NCBI GenBank assembly: GCA_050084515.1
Contig: CM114271.1
Coordinates: 11,098,001-11,162,000, forward strand
Source of the DNA: Blasia pusilla
Lineage: Eukaryota
Reading direction: 5' to 3'
DNA: 64,000 nucleotides
Part shown: positions 36,853 through 49,732 of the stretch, in pieces
How positions within the stretch are numbered: position 1 is the first letter of the stretch
Layout: each line of letters opens with the position of its first letter
Program-made: the position numbers and the translations under genes
Notes under the pieces: generated by a model
What the model saw: the letters and a program-made list of their open reading frames with translations, nothing else
What the model was told of the DNA's origin: nothing
Databases searched by the model: none

Positions 36853-37904
36853 GCCTTGACTTCTTCACCAACCAAAAAATTATAAGAGGACTCAATAAAA
36901 AGCGGGTGATAGACCAACCAAGACTTCTTTAGTTTTATTTTCATTAATATAAAAATCCACTACTTTACTTTTATATTTCTCGTGTCTCATTTCTTAGCTC
37001 TTTTCCTAGCTCGTGCACTCTCACTAGTGGTTATTACCTGGTCAGCTACCAATGTTCTTTTAAAATTAGAAGAAATTATGAATAATAAGATTTAATTGCA
37101 TGCATGTGTGTGACACGAAAAAGAATTTTACATACGAGGCTAATTTGACCCATAGCAGATGCCTTAGGAGCGCTCTAGTTGTAGCGTAGTGAACGGTGTC
37201 GGACCAAACCCATTTTCCCCGCTGTTGGAAGGACCAAGTCGTGCTGTGTCTCTCCCCATTCGTCCCAACAGATGCCAAAGATTCTCATGCCTAGCTAAAC
37301 TAGGCCGTAAGACAAGATCCCCCTCCCGAACGATCGATGAGTTGGGGACACGAGATCGATACGCACGCCCCTGTACGAAAGGATACAATATAGTTTGACG
37401 GGTGAGAGAAGACGGTGGTCTATGTATGGGCTCTATAAAGATTGACTGTAGTTCAGTTACTGGTTTCCAGCTCGGGTCCAGCCAGCCCGCCAACCCAGCC
37501 CAGCCCGCTTGCCTGCCCTCCCTCAATTGGGTCGTTGGTAGGACTCATGGACCTCCTAGTTGGCACGCAATGCGTGAGGGGTGAGCGATTATCGCTTTTG
37601 CTATGCAGTGGCGTTCACTGATTGATTGTACCTGCATTCAACTAAGCCAATGAACAAACCCTTATAAAGTAGTGCACTTCAAATACTATGTGGATTTTTT
37701 ACAATATGATCTTGAGAGGAAAAGTCCCGCAATATACCTGAAATTCATTAGGTCTTCTTGTGGGAAGCAATGTAATCATGGCGGGCGACGTTCTCCTTGC
37801 CTATCGCGAGAGTGTTGTGGACTTCAAAACCCTTCTTTGTAAGGGCTATATCCCATGGGCGAGAATCGCTCACGGACACTGTCCATTAGGCTAGATCATT
37901 ACTA

Positions 37905-38406
37905 GTAATTTTGGGGATCTCCAAACACCCCCTACCTTTGGAAAAGGATGGTCGGGCCCTTCATTGTGGCCCTCAACCCGACTCTACTTACAGTCATTTT
38001 TGGGTTGTTTCTCAGCCTCTACTTGTGTGTTTGCAAGGATCTTTAGTGCGTCTGAACTGACTTTCCATAAGCTTTCCAACACATCCTTACTCGTCCCAAT
38101 CGCATCTTGACGCTAAAATTTATGGCCATAAATACAGTCGGAAACTCTCAAACGCTAGTGGCGTCCCAAATCTAGATTCCTTCCTTTGGCAACCCACTTC
38201 CTAGACTTGACTCCTCTCAAGTCTTGATCGGCGTTTGGTCCAGGTTTCTCAGTTGCGATCATATCATATGAAATTCGAAGCCTCGCTTGCGTCTCGTCTC
38301 CTATCTCTTCTCCGAGACCACTCCAACGCGCAAACCATCTTAGCGTGAGCCCGCTAGTGTTCCGATGTTCCGCTTTGGCACTCGTTTGGTCATGAGGGTC
38401 GCAACA
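37905..38406 (-). mobile_element. Truncated LTR of the ~1-kb family abutting MULE copy 3
   Basis: Minus strand begins TGTTGCGACCCTCATGACCAAACGAGTGCCAAAGCGGAACATC, matching 45354 onward. Confidence 0.75.
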
Positions 38407-39789
38407 CTTTTCTTCATGGCCTTCGATGCCTCAACCTCGGCATTTTGCTTGGAGAGCTCCTCTAGAGCACGTTTTGCTAGAACCTCGTGCCTGTGCATAT
38501 TTGCTTCCCTTTCCCGCTCCTCTATTTCTTGTTGCCTTATCTCATTCGCTGAACGAGGACCTGGAGATGGTGACCCAGGAGTCCTGATGAACTTGGGAGA
38601 GATGCTCCCTACCTTGGTTGCTTGTGTTTTCTTTCTCGTCATGGTGCACGTTGGGTCAATTCTTCCTCCTCGACAGTCTAATCAGCTCCTGTGCACGATA
38701 GATCCCTCGAAGCGTTTCGTGATGAAGCCCGTGACCCTTCAGAGGATGGGCTTGCCGAAGTCGAACCCTAGAAGCGTCGGGTGCTGGATCGTCGTAACCT
38801 TCCAGCGAAGGGATGAATGTAACCGATTTTGGTAGCGGAAAGGTAACGTCAACTGCCGCGAGGAAGAGCACATGAAATCGCGAAATGAAAAACGGAAATG
38901 GGCAAAATCTCAGTCTTTTATACTTTTCGAGCCGTTGAGCTGACCGTTGGGTCATTTGGTCATACCAACGGTAACGTGTCGGCCGTTATGGAACTTTGCA
39001 CCTGGGAACCCGGGCAACCCGTTGGTCTCCGATGGGTTGCACGCTTCCCTTGTCTTGGGGGTGGGAGGCGAGGTACCCAGGCAACCTGTTGGAGACCGAT
39101 GGGTTGCACGCATCCCTCATCCTCGGGTAACAAGGCGAGGTACCCACGCAACCCATCGGAGGCCGACGAGATGCACACTTTCCTCGTCTTGGGGTAACAA
39201 GGGGAGGTACCCTAGCAACCTTTCCGAGACCGACGGGTTGCACGCTTCCCTCGTCCTCGGGTAGCAAGGCGAGGTACCAGCCAACCCGTCGGAGACCGAC
39301 GGGTTGCACACTTCCCTCGTCTAGGGACAACAAGGCGACGTACCCGCGCAACTTGTCGGAGACTGATGGGTTGCACGCTTCCCTCATCTTGGGGTAATAA
39401 GGTTAGGTACCCGGGCAACCCCTTGGAGACCAACGGGTTGCACGCTTCCCTCGTCCTCGTGTAATAAGGCGAAAAAGCATAGTCCTGAGGCAACCCGTTG
39501 AGCTCCGACGCGTTACAAGATCTACCATGGGTTGGACACTTCTCACCATACGGCGAAACTGCACTCACGGTTTGCACGATTCATTGGACAAGAGAAATCG
39601 ACGCGAGATCCCCCCCACAACTCGGTTACCTCCAAAAGGGAGAGCGAGGTTAGGTGCCTTTCCAACCCGTCGCGGTCCCCAAAGGGTTGCCGTAGCAAAT
39701 CCATGCGAGGTCTCGTGGATCCTGACTCCAATCAGACAAGTCAGACAAGCAAGGGGTACCAACCCAACGGTCTTCGACGGATTGTTTGC

Positions 39790-42700
39790 TATTGTCTCTG
39801 GCCTTTAAAATACTCAAGCACATTCTTGTCAACGAGTTGCCGCCCACGTACGATGGTAATTGCATTTTTGAGTTGCCTCCACTTGCTGGTCCTGCTCAAA
39901 AGAAAGATGGAGGACGCTTGAAGGGTATGGACAGAAAGTCTGATTGTCATCGATGATGCAGGCTTCAATGGACTAGTGCTTCAATTCCAGATGGTCCTTG
40001 GATTGTTTCTCGCCGCCAATGCGTTGGAGCCATGGAGTGTAGAAGTCTAAGCTGCCCGTATCTAGAGCGCAATGGGCGAGTCAATACGTCGCAATTTCCC
40101 CCTAAGAATGGAGAAAGTCCATATGAGGTTGGTGCGATCATTCCGCCGGGAGGCCATCGATGTCCTCATTGTCAAGCATCCCTTTTCTGCGTTGGAGCGT
40201 GTCCTACATACATATTTTTCATTGTGCACGACTTTAGTTCTACGCCCGAGTACACCAGGCTGGCACTTCATGTTTGCACATTCATCCTATTACCAATGCA
40301 ATTCAGAGACACATCAAGGAGGATGTGGCAAAGAAAGTGTCCGAGGTATATAGAAACTCTCCGAGATCAAAGCCCAGAATGATCAAGTTAACAAAAACAT
40401 CACAAATTTGTGAACAACTGCTTGGAATCCCTGGGCAGGGCGAGATCACCGCTTCTGAGGAGAAACAACTCTGGGAAAATCTCGCATTTCTCGCTGATCC
40501 TGAATGCTTCAGGAATTTGCTGCATCAAGACGGGTATTGGATGGAAAGACGGCGGAAATGGATGCCATTGCCAGAATCAAGGCCAACTCCAGATTTCCAT
40601 TTATTCAGAGATGGAAGTTCATGGGCTAGGGAGGCGAAGGATCCAAGGCTTATGTCTTCAAAATGTCAACGACAGGGCCGTCGAGTGGTCTTGATCTTAT
40701 ATATCGAATGAGGGAAGGGGAAGATCTTTACAACAGTTGGGTAAGCTTTGATATTTGCTACAGAGTGGTGAATGGATGGTTGACCGTGGGTGCTCACGTT
40801 TATGACCATGTGGAGAAGGGACTCAAAACTATATTTGTCTGTTAGGTAAAAGCAGAAGACGTTGGCAGTTTGAAGATATGTTGGTTACTCTTATTGGAAG
40901 TGGTGAAGGAAAACATAAGGCCACCTCCGGAAATTTATGGATTCATGGTGCACAATGAAAAACCTAGATGGATTGCTATCAGGGAAGTGTTATGGAGTGG
41001 ACAGGTTCAACCAGAGAGGGAAAGGTCAGATGCTTTCCATTGGCAACAATCTGTGACCCGATCCACCAAATCTTGCATCAAGGAGAATAATAGGACACAG
41101 CATGTCACTCTACTCCAATACTGCAAGGACAACAAAACCTTGAAACAGGCCATGGAGTGCCAAGAAGATCTTCACGGGTGGTGGAGGAAGCATGCGATTG
41201 AGGGGAAGTACAAAGAGTTGTGCTCTTGGCTCAATTGGTGGAATGTACGAATGAGACAATGGGGAAATTTCATGCGGAAGGTGAGTTCAATATTTTGTCC
41301 TATCGAGCTCATGCTGAGAATTTTTTGAAAAGTTGCAGCTCAAGTTGAGAAGCGTGGGCACTAGAAGGATTTCAAAACGAAGAAACCAAGCAACCGGTCG
41401 GATGCGACAGGTTGCCTGAGTATGCAACCCGTCAGAAACCAACGCGTTGCGTGAATGTACAACCAGTCAAAAACCGAAGGGTTGCATCAAGAATGTTTGC
41501 GACATGATGCACGAGGAATGTTTGTGCAACCCGTCGAAACTCGACTGGTTGCATGAGTGTGCAACATGTTGAATCCTGAGAGGTTGCAAGTTGCATGCAC
41601 ACAAGGCCTGCAAATAGTTTGACCCGGATCGGTTGCAAGCCGCAAGGCTACGAGTTAACTTGGTCTGCAACCCATGGGATTCCGACAAGTTGCGTTTATC
41701 TACAACCAGTGGGATTCCGACTAGTTGCGTCTGTATGCGACTCCTTGCATTCAGACAGGTTTCGGCTGTCTCCAAGTCGCATCCAGACACATTGCATCAG
41801 TTCAAGTTAACTCGAACTTGTCGAATTCCAATAGTTGCAAAGCTTCGTGTGTGGACACTTCTTGCAAGCCAACGGAATCCGATAGGTTGCACAAGGAGTT
41901 TTGAGACCGGACCGGCCTGCTTCTCACAACCCGTCCGATTCCGATGGGTGGTAGTAGCACGTTCTTGAGTGCTACGTTGCAGTAAAAGGTTATTGAGACA
42001 TTCCAGGGATATCTCTGACTTGCAACCCGTTTCAAGTCGGAGGCTAGAAAATCCATGTGCGATTCGTTGGATTCCGATGACTTGCACTTGGATCTTCCAG
42101 CCCAGAGTGGCCAAAGTTACTTGCAACCCGTGTAAATCCGATAGGTTGCAGTAGGTGGTTCCTGGGTGTTGCAACACGTCAAAAACCGACGGGTCGCAGA
42201 GTCATTCATGGGATGCCTCTGACTTGCAACCCCTCTGGTTCCGACAGGTAGCTTTTTTCTTTGCTCATAGAGCTATTTTCGTTCCCTTCTCACAATGCCG
42301 TTGTTGCAGGGATTGAACATTCATGAAAATGCCCTCTGCCCCAACATAAGTGGAGCAGAAAGTGTTCATTCCTCCTGGAGGTCGTCACAAGCATGCCAAA
42401 GAATTTCACTTGTGGAGGCATGCCAACAAGACCACGCAAGAGCAATGCTACAGTCTGCAACATCCCATATCTTCCTCACAAAAGGCATAACAAAAGGAAA
42501 GGGGCCTTCGATTTATGAGCTCTATGTCAAGGCGGCTGTGAGATCTGGTGATGAGAAACTCTATGTGGAAGCCTTCAATCAATGTGTAGTAGGAACTCCC
42601 CTCGAGCAAGATGTCCACATTGGTGGGGATATTCGTGGGCGTGTTTCAAGACGTCTCATACAGATGGTGGTAGAGCACTCCGATGCAAGATTCGTGGAGA

Positions 42701-43819
42701 CCAGATAAGTATCTTGACTTCAGGCAAGTGAAGAGGCACCATCGAGGAACAAACCCAGTGATTGATTTGGATGAAGAAATTATGCCGCCCAGGTATTCGG
42801 AGACCACAGATTGCTCCCAACTCCGAGTTGCAGTAACTTCTCCAAAATCAGTGAATGTTTTATTTCAAAAGCCCTCTGTTGCTGGAATTTTGCAACATCC
42901 GATCGTTGGGGTGGTTCAACAATATGGGATTCCGGTCATCGAGGTGGATTGCAAACTCAAAAGGTGGCATATATCTCGGAGCAACCCTAGACCAGTACCC
43001 ACTTGCAAGGCCGGATGTGATGGCATTAGGAGAGCATACGACACTTTCCTAAATAAGAACTGTACAAGGACTGGACGACCACTGCCTAGATTTTAGGGAG
43101 TCAAAACCTTTGATCGTTTCACGAGGACTAGGGATCAATTGAAGTACTTCTTCTACCCAAATGAATCTTGCACTTTCCAAAAGTCTTATCCGGCTGCCAT
43201 TGGAGCTCTAGGTAATACCCCCACGATTTGGCCCATTTCCGCAGGTTCGAATTGCACTCAGGATAAAGTGGACAATCTTACAAGTTCCAATTTCAGAGTC
43301 GCAGACGGAGGAAGTTTGGAGCATGTTCGCATTACAGAGACCTTCGCATTTCGTATTCAACCCAAGATTGATGTCAACATGTACCCAGAGAAGGTGGATG
43401 ATCTCAATCCACTATTTCTATTTGAGTCTAGAAATGGGGTGAAGAGAAACAGAATGTGTAGGCCAACGGTGGAGAGAGCAAAGCGAATCGCATAAGCTCG
43501 GGAGGCAAACATGGAAATCATCGCCACAAAAGATGTCTAGAGTGGCAATGGAATAGGAACAGGAAGGATGTATTGGGTCAGGAACAAAATTGTAAATTCA
43601 AGTGTCACAGGGGTGTATGTGGTGCACATCTGTTGCTTTCCCACATGTTCTTGTGATGACTTTGTCCAAAGAGAGACAAGTGGGAAAAGGTATTTCCCTT
43701 GCAAGCACATGTATTATGTGTTGCTTGTAGTTTTAAGAGAGTCGGAGGTAGGAGTAGGAATCCACCAACCAATTCTGTCCCTCAAAGAAGTGCAAAGTAT
43801 TTTAAACAAACCACTTTGA
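39790..43819 (+). pseudogene. Mutator-like (MULE) transposase: GCM/WRKY-like zinc-binding domain, DDE core, SWIM finger; intron 41281-42309
   Basis: RQCVGAMECRSLSCPYL...CPHCQASLFCVGAC...RLALHV..HIHP; WVSFDICYR (D1); YGFMVHN (D2 position, mutated); ERSDAFHWQQS (C/D-xx-H); NISGAESVH (E); PTCSCDDF..CKHMYYV (SWIM). Multiple stops and frameshifts. Confidence 0.85.
41388..42252. repeat. Degenerate palindrome array filling the transposase intron
   Basis: Repeated gcaacc(c/g)gtc....cgac(a/g)ggttgc between the GTGAGT donor (41281) and the TGCAG acceptor (42309). Confidence 0.85.
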
Positions 43820-44217
43820 GGATGAAAAATGAGGTCTTAGATTGTACTTTCATTTGCTAGAACCTTCACTTTGAGCTTGAACTCTATTCAGCCCAAGGCA
43901 AATGATAGATTTTTTCCGGACGATGGAAAAAGTGATTTGTTCCACATTTATGATTTCACTGATTTTTTAGTTTTTTAAATTTTGTGCAAATTGCAAACCG
44001 TCGGATTCAGATGGGTTGCCAAAATGTGGAAGAGGAAAAAAAAATCAGTGGGACTGCCTAAGCATTGAGAACAAAAGTGCAAAAAAATTCACAAAAAAAC
44101 TTTCCTCTCTTCAACCCAACAGAAACTCTCTTCAAATCACATGAAACTCTCTTAAAAAAAAAGTATCTCTTTGGGTTAAAGTTAGTTTCCTCTCTTCCTC
44201 TCCTCTTACCACTCCTC

Positions 44218-44370
44218 CATCCTTGTTTGACTCCAGTGTTGGAAGATAAAGTTTTAGATTTACCCCTCTTAATGGCAATCTGTGCAAACACCTGAGCATA
44301 TAAGACCTTGATTGTTGTAATTTGTTGTGATGGGACACCCAACTCTTCATATAAGCACAAAATTTCTAGC
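44218..44370 (-). mobile_element. Non-LTR (LINE) reverse transcriptase fragment
   Basis: LYEELGVPSQQITTIKVLY...SNTGVKQG, the conserved region preceding RT motif GV.QG. Confidence 0.6.
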
Positions 44371-44647
44371 TCAATATAATAGGAGCCCCTTCACAATAGG
44401 AGTGAAAACCATAACTTGTCGAGTTTTGAGCCTCGAAAACTTCTCAGCCACATCGACTTGGTTATAAGTGGAGGTACTAAATACGCATCGTAGCATCTTG
44501 TAATATCTTCCATCAACAAATAGGTACCGAACGCTTTCATCAAATCGGCCATGACATACATGCATGCCCATGCATTTAGGATCACATACACATAAGCATA
44601 AACACCTTTTTTTTTTCAATGACATGATATTGCCATAAGGACTCAAA

Positions 44648-45345
44648 AGAATCCTACTCAATGCCCTCTTCTACCTTCTTAACACCTCTTTTTCTACCCT
44701 CCACCCTCATCAAGGAGACCAAAAATCATGAAACTTTTCCCAAGATGGCACTCCAAACACAGGAACACAAGGCAAAAGAAAAAACTTCAAATGACCACTC
44801 ACACATTGAATTAAAAATCGTAAACCCTAAAAATGGTCTTTCATTTTTGGTTTGAGCATGGGGGGAGGACTAGGAGATCTGAATTGTTGAAGGTGTGGAG
44901 GGATAGAGTTCCTTGGCCTTTACCAAGTTTCAGCACCATCGAATAGTGGGAAGAAAAGTTGACCCCATGATAACATGAAAATGCCACAAGGACTTGAAAG
45001 AATCCTACTCAATGCTCTCTTCCTCCTTCTTGACCCCTCTTTTTCTACCCTCCACCCTCATCAAGGAGACCAAAAATCATGAAACTTTTCCCCAGATGGC
45101 ACTCCAAACACAGGAACACAAGACAAAAAAAAAACTTCAAATGACCACTCACACATTGAATTAAAAATCGTAAACCCTAAAAATGGTCTTTCATTTTTGG
45201 TTTGAGCATGGGGGGAGAACTAGGAGATCTGAATTGTTGAAGGTGTGGAGGGATAGAGTTCCTTGGCTTGTGCCAAGTTTCAGCACTATCCATTGGTGGG
45301 AAGAAAACTTAACTTGGCGACAATATGAAAATGGCATAAAGAGGT
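44648..45345 (+). repeat. Tandem duplication, ~350-bp unit x2
   Basis: agaatcctactcaatgc...gaagaaaa repeated at ~44648 and ~44999 with few differences. Confidence 0.9.
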
Positions 45346-45353
45346 GGAACAAT

Positions 45354-46364
45354 TGTCGCGACCCTCATAGCCAAACGAGTGCCAAGTGGAACATCCAAAC
45401 TCTAGCGTACTCACGCTAGGATGGTTTGCGCTTTGGAGTTAAAGAAACACAAGGGCGAGATGCAAGCAAGGCGAGCGCTTTGAGTGTTTCGTGCATTTAT
45501 CCTGGCAACCATGAAATCAAAACCAAACGCGGAACTCAGACTTGAGAGGAGTCAAGTCTTGGACGAGACTCGGCCAAAGGGGTAAGAACCAGACTTGAGA
45601 CGTGGGCGGCGTTTGGGAGTTTTGGATTGTACTTTTGACCATAAATTTTAGTCCCAAGATGCGTTTGGGACAAGTAAGATAGCATTGGAAATCTTGTGCT
45701 CAGCCGGTTCGAACTTACCAAAGATCTTGGAAAACGCTTGCGCAAAGGCCGAGATCTGGGCCAAAACCGAATGTAAGAGGAGTCGGGTTGAGGGCCAAAA
45801 AGAGGGGCCCGAGTGGTCTTTCCCAAAGGTAGGGGGACCCCGGAGATCCCCAGAAGTACTAGTAAGGGGAAAGGTCTCCAACAGTGCTTGGGACTCGAAC
45901 TCCACTTTGGGGTGCCGCGGGGCTACTCAAGGGCACGGAACGGATCGGGAGTTTGGCGTTGGGAATCGAAACTCGAACCTAGTCCAATAGAGTGGATTTT
46001 GGAGATCCCTATTGGAGTCCAATTCGCGACTCATATTATTGTTGAGTCTCGGTTGGAGCTCATGCGAGGTCTGTTGGACAGTTGGGACCGCTAGGCGCGC
46101 AAACGCCGCTTTAGGTGCCTGGACTAACCAAAAAGTTTGTCCCAAGTCTCGGAAGACTTGCCCGTGTTGGGAACCTAGGAATGAGGGAAGGTTGAGCTTG
46201 ATGAGATGCCGAGTTGAGGACTCAGTGAGTTGGAAGGCCGCTTGACCCAAAGCCTGACTAATGTGAGCTCGTTTGGGTGCAGGTTGGCGATGAGAGCGTG
46301 TCCTACTGAACGTATGCTTCTGCAACACTAAGATTGACGTTGAAGGAGAGTAGGCGCACGAAAA
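45354..46364 (+). mobile_element. Solo LTR (~1.0 kb)
   Basis: Starts TGTCGCGACC and ends GGCGCACGA(aa), decayed from ...CGACA. Possible degenerate TSD acaat/aaaat. Confidence 0.8.
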
Positions 46365-46539
46365 AAAATCCTAGCCAAATTCATCCTCTTCATTCTCCAA
46401 CTCTCTTTTAGTACCCGCCCCTTGAACCAAGGGTCGAAGAATGTTCAAAAAATTTCCAGAGGGCAACTCAACCCCAGGAACGCATGACATATACATCCCA
46501 ACAACAATAAAAAAAACGGTAACATTGGAACATGAAATC

Positions 46540-46767
46540 ACTAAAACACATCAGTCGTTGTTTATGACTTAGTATTACTAGGCAAGTGAAACAAATACGA
46601 CTAGTCTTGACTAAAGGGTATTGATAACTACTTTAGTGAGGAGCAGATGACTGTGTGAGTTGTGCAAATATTAATTTTAGGACTAAACCATTTTAGTCAT
46701 AATTTGAGTCATTCTTTTAGTTAGTCGTTTAAAGCCTAGTCATAAAAACCACACATTTCTTCTAGTG
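46540..46767 (-). mobile_element. CACTA-type terminus with subterminal GACTA/TAGTC repeats
   Basis: Minus strand reads CACTAGAAGAAA from 46767. No partner end was found. Confidence 0.5.
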
Positions 46768-48463
46768 TTCGAAACTCTAAATTTTACAAGAAAGCAATTC
46801 AAGGAGAAAGGTATTTGACTGGTCTTGCGGTTTCATTGAGATATAACAAGAGCATTTGAGAGTATATCATTGGTGATGCAAGATATTCGTTTTTACCTTG
46901 GCTCATTGTCCCTTATCTAGGAGCAAGTGGTAGAAAAGAGGCATGGAATTATCTCCATTCTGCCATGCGTATGTGTGTGGAGCGAGTAGGAAATCCGAAA
47001 GAGAAGGCAAGAAAATTCCGCAGCTCGAAGTGGAAATGGGGCCCGGATATGGCGCGTAGCACCAGCGGATTACTAGTGCATGTCGTTCCTACCTCTCTCC
47101 ACCGAGAACTCACATTTGACACACGAAAGACAAGAACAACAAAGAACAAGAACGAAACACCACTACCTGCGTGAAAAAAGGTAGGATTCAAGTGGGGCAG
47201 GTGGTGCACAGCCTTCATTATTACTCCTTACAACGCACTCCTCTCACGAAGCACTTCTCGCACGCTCATACGCCACGGCCCTCCGAGTCGCGTAGGTTTA
47301 TGCCACACCACATCCCCAGATGAAGAGCCAAGTGGGGAGTCAAACTAGCGGCTCTACTATTTCCACGGGTGCTCGACTATAGTTTCGTTGCCCTGCCCTC
47401 TCTATGTCTGGTTATGCGACGTGTGGTCACCACGCTTAATTGCGGAGTTTAAGGGCCATAGTAGGGGCCGTAAATACCTGATGCCATGGGCCGAGTTCTT
47501 CGGCCGGAAGCTGTGGAATCCTAAACGCACTGGTCTTCCGTCAGGTCATTCATTATTGAATGAAAAATGAAAAATTGTTTTAAAAAAACGATTTGTTTTC
47601 AAATGAAAACCGGCACTAAAGGTCTCATAGGGCTGAGCGGCCTTCTTGTGCCCAAAAATATTGCGAAAAACTAAGTACGCCAATCATAAAATCAGGTGGC
47701 CGACGTGAATTGTTCCATGGAATCGCGAGCGGGAGACCATGTGGGTACTATACGGGGGTGTGCCCTAAACGTTTGTACCCGGGGTAATTAGATAAAGGAG
47801 CACGAGCAGCACTCGAAGATGGATGGATAGATAGATGAGATTCATGAACACGAGGAGCGCCTGAAGATCTAGAAATAAGATTCGTGCGCTCAAGTAGTGT
47901 TGGAGGATGGAGTGATAAGATGTATGGACGAGAGCAGTGTTCCAACTAGTGATGAGATACATGATGTCAAGCAGATGTTTGTAAGATTTAGCGACAGAAC
48001 GGACGCATGACTCTCGGGAATAACCAGCATGAGCAAAAGGATGTTTCCAATTAATCTTGAAAGATTGGTCGACAATAATGCGTCAATCGGACCTTTCCGG
48101 TAAGTACGGTTTCCCTACTCTTCTCAACTGGAGCTTCATCTCTTTACTTACAACGTTTTACCCCGGGGCCAATTGGAGATAAGTCGTACGAAGTCCCACG
48201 CATTGATCGATCAACGGACGGACAGGCAACGCGTGATGGATTGACCATGAACACTGCAAGTGCAAGAAATCACGAGGCGCAATCAGATTTTGTCACACTG
48301 TCCAGTGTGGTTTGAGTGCTTGCGAGCGGGTATGCACAGCTTAAATCTACATCCCCCCACAATGCTCGAAGATGTCTGTGTGCATCGAGTTACTTCGTGG
48401 ACATGCCATGCCGTTCCATTAGCGATTGCGATAGGTAGCCTGGGAAGCAAATTGCAGCGGAGC

Positions 48464-49732
48464 TTACCAATTGGTCAGCCTGACTTCTCGAGTGTGCACT
48501 TGCAGATCCTTCAACCACCAGTTCTTGAGATTGTGGTTGAAATAGCGATAATCACCTAAGTCCGACCACAGATCCAAGCTAGCACCCGGACAGAAATGGA
48601 GCACGGCAGATGGTACGAGATGCATGGGCTTGGAGCCCATGAAAGCCAGGCCTCGACCAGAGTAGGGTGCTGCCATGGATGAGACTCGAGCACCTAATGA
48701 CCCGTCTCTTGCAAGGCGCTCGTGGTTGTGGAAGTACTCCCAGTATCCTCGACAGATTGGGTCGCCTTTGTTGATGTATAAGTGAGGAGTCCACTGCCGC
48801 AATCGATAGTACTCTGCCGTAATGGAAGATCGAGCCTCGACATCCATGAGAAGATTTGTGAGCCCGACGACACTTGCGTAGCGAAGCACGCGCACTGTGC
48901 TCCACAGCCCTTCATTCTCAATTAGCTCGTGGGGACCTGGAAACCAAGTGTAGGGATAGACAGGATTGAACAAGTGAGACTCAATGTGAATTCCCTCAGC
49001 TGCTAACGTCCTCGCAACAAGCAAACCTAGAGCTGCTCCCAATGAGTGGCCGACGATACAGACATTGTGGCTCCCATGAGTCGCCACAGCGCTCCTGACG
49101 ACGCCCAAAACTGCGCTGTAGCGTGGCGTCTCGTGCAGGCGCTGCACAGGTATGTGCATATTGTGCCATCCATCGTCCACTCTAGCCAGGGTTCCCCTGA
49201 TGGCTACCACCACGCTTTGGGGCGGGGGAGCTATGGAGGATGCAGAATTCCAGGCATATACTGCTAGATCGATGCTCTTCTCCTCCACTTCCTGCTTGTG
49301 CCGGCGTTGGGGTCCCCCCAGGACCAACTGCTTCTCCTCCTGCAATCCTACGAGCTCAAAGTGAACGGACTCCCACCACCATCGAGCGGGGGGTTTCCTC
49401 TCGTTGGATATTCCCTCCATGCGTCGGAATTCCAACTCGTATACCCCCTTTACGAGCTTCGCCAGTGTGACTCTTTGATGGGTTTCATCGGCCCAGATCG
49501 AGAGCGATTTGGAAATTGGTGGGGGGTCATCAGCCCATGAATTGTGCAGGACAGGTTTCCGCAAATCACTCAGCCCAACAGATTCCACGGAAGCCTGGGG
49601 ATTCGAGAGCCTCTTCGTAATTGGTAGTCTCTGAGGTCTTGCATCAAAATTGGGAACTCGGTCGACACCTTCACACCGTTGATGGCACCGTATTGACTGC
49701 AATTGACACCATAAGGGCCCGGGAGCCGACAT
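48464..49732 (-). CDS. Class-3 lipase-like alpha/beta hydrolase (422 aa, single ORF)
   Basis: VVVAIRGT lid motif, nucleophile elbow IVGHSLG, SHLFNP, LYINKGDPIC, C-terminal HNLKNWW. Start codon uncertain. Confidence 0.88.
   Translation of the reverse strand: MSAPGPLWCQLQSIRCHQRCEGVDRVPNFDARPQRLPITKRLSNPQASVESVGLSDLRKPVLHNSWADDPPPISKSLSIWADETHQRVTLAKLVKGVYELEFRRMEGISNERKPPARWWWESVHFELVGLQEEKQLVLGGPQRRHKQEVEEKSIDLAVYAWNSASSIAPPPQSVVVAIRGTLARVDDGWHNMHIPVQRLHETPRYSAVLGVVRSAVATHGSHNVCIVGHSLGAALGLLVARTLAAEGIHIESHLFNPVYPYTWFPGPHELIENEGLWSTVRVLRYASVVGLTNLLMDVEARSSITAEYYRLRQWTPHLYINKGDPICRGYWEYFHNHERLARDGSLGARVSSMAAPYSGRGLAFMGSKPMHLVPSAVLHFCPGASLDLWSDLGDYRYFNHNLKNWWLKDLQVHTREVRLTNW

Larger units (their letters stand above)
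38407..44218 (+). mobile_element. MULE-like element copy 3: 5' stub of ParB-like gene (-, 38407-38642), palindrome array (39014-39780), transposase gene (+)
   Basis: MTRKKTQATKVGSISPK...EIRQQEIEERERE is divergent from the transposase, the same layout as at 1-3980. The 3' flank 43820-44210 matches 13615-14031. Confidence 0.8.
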
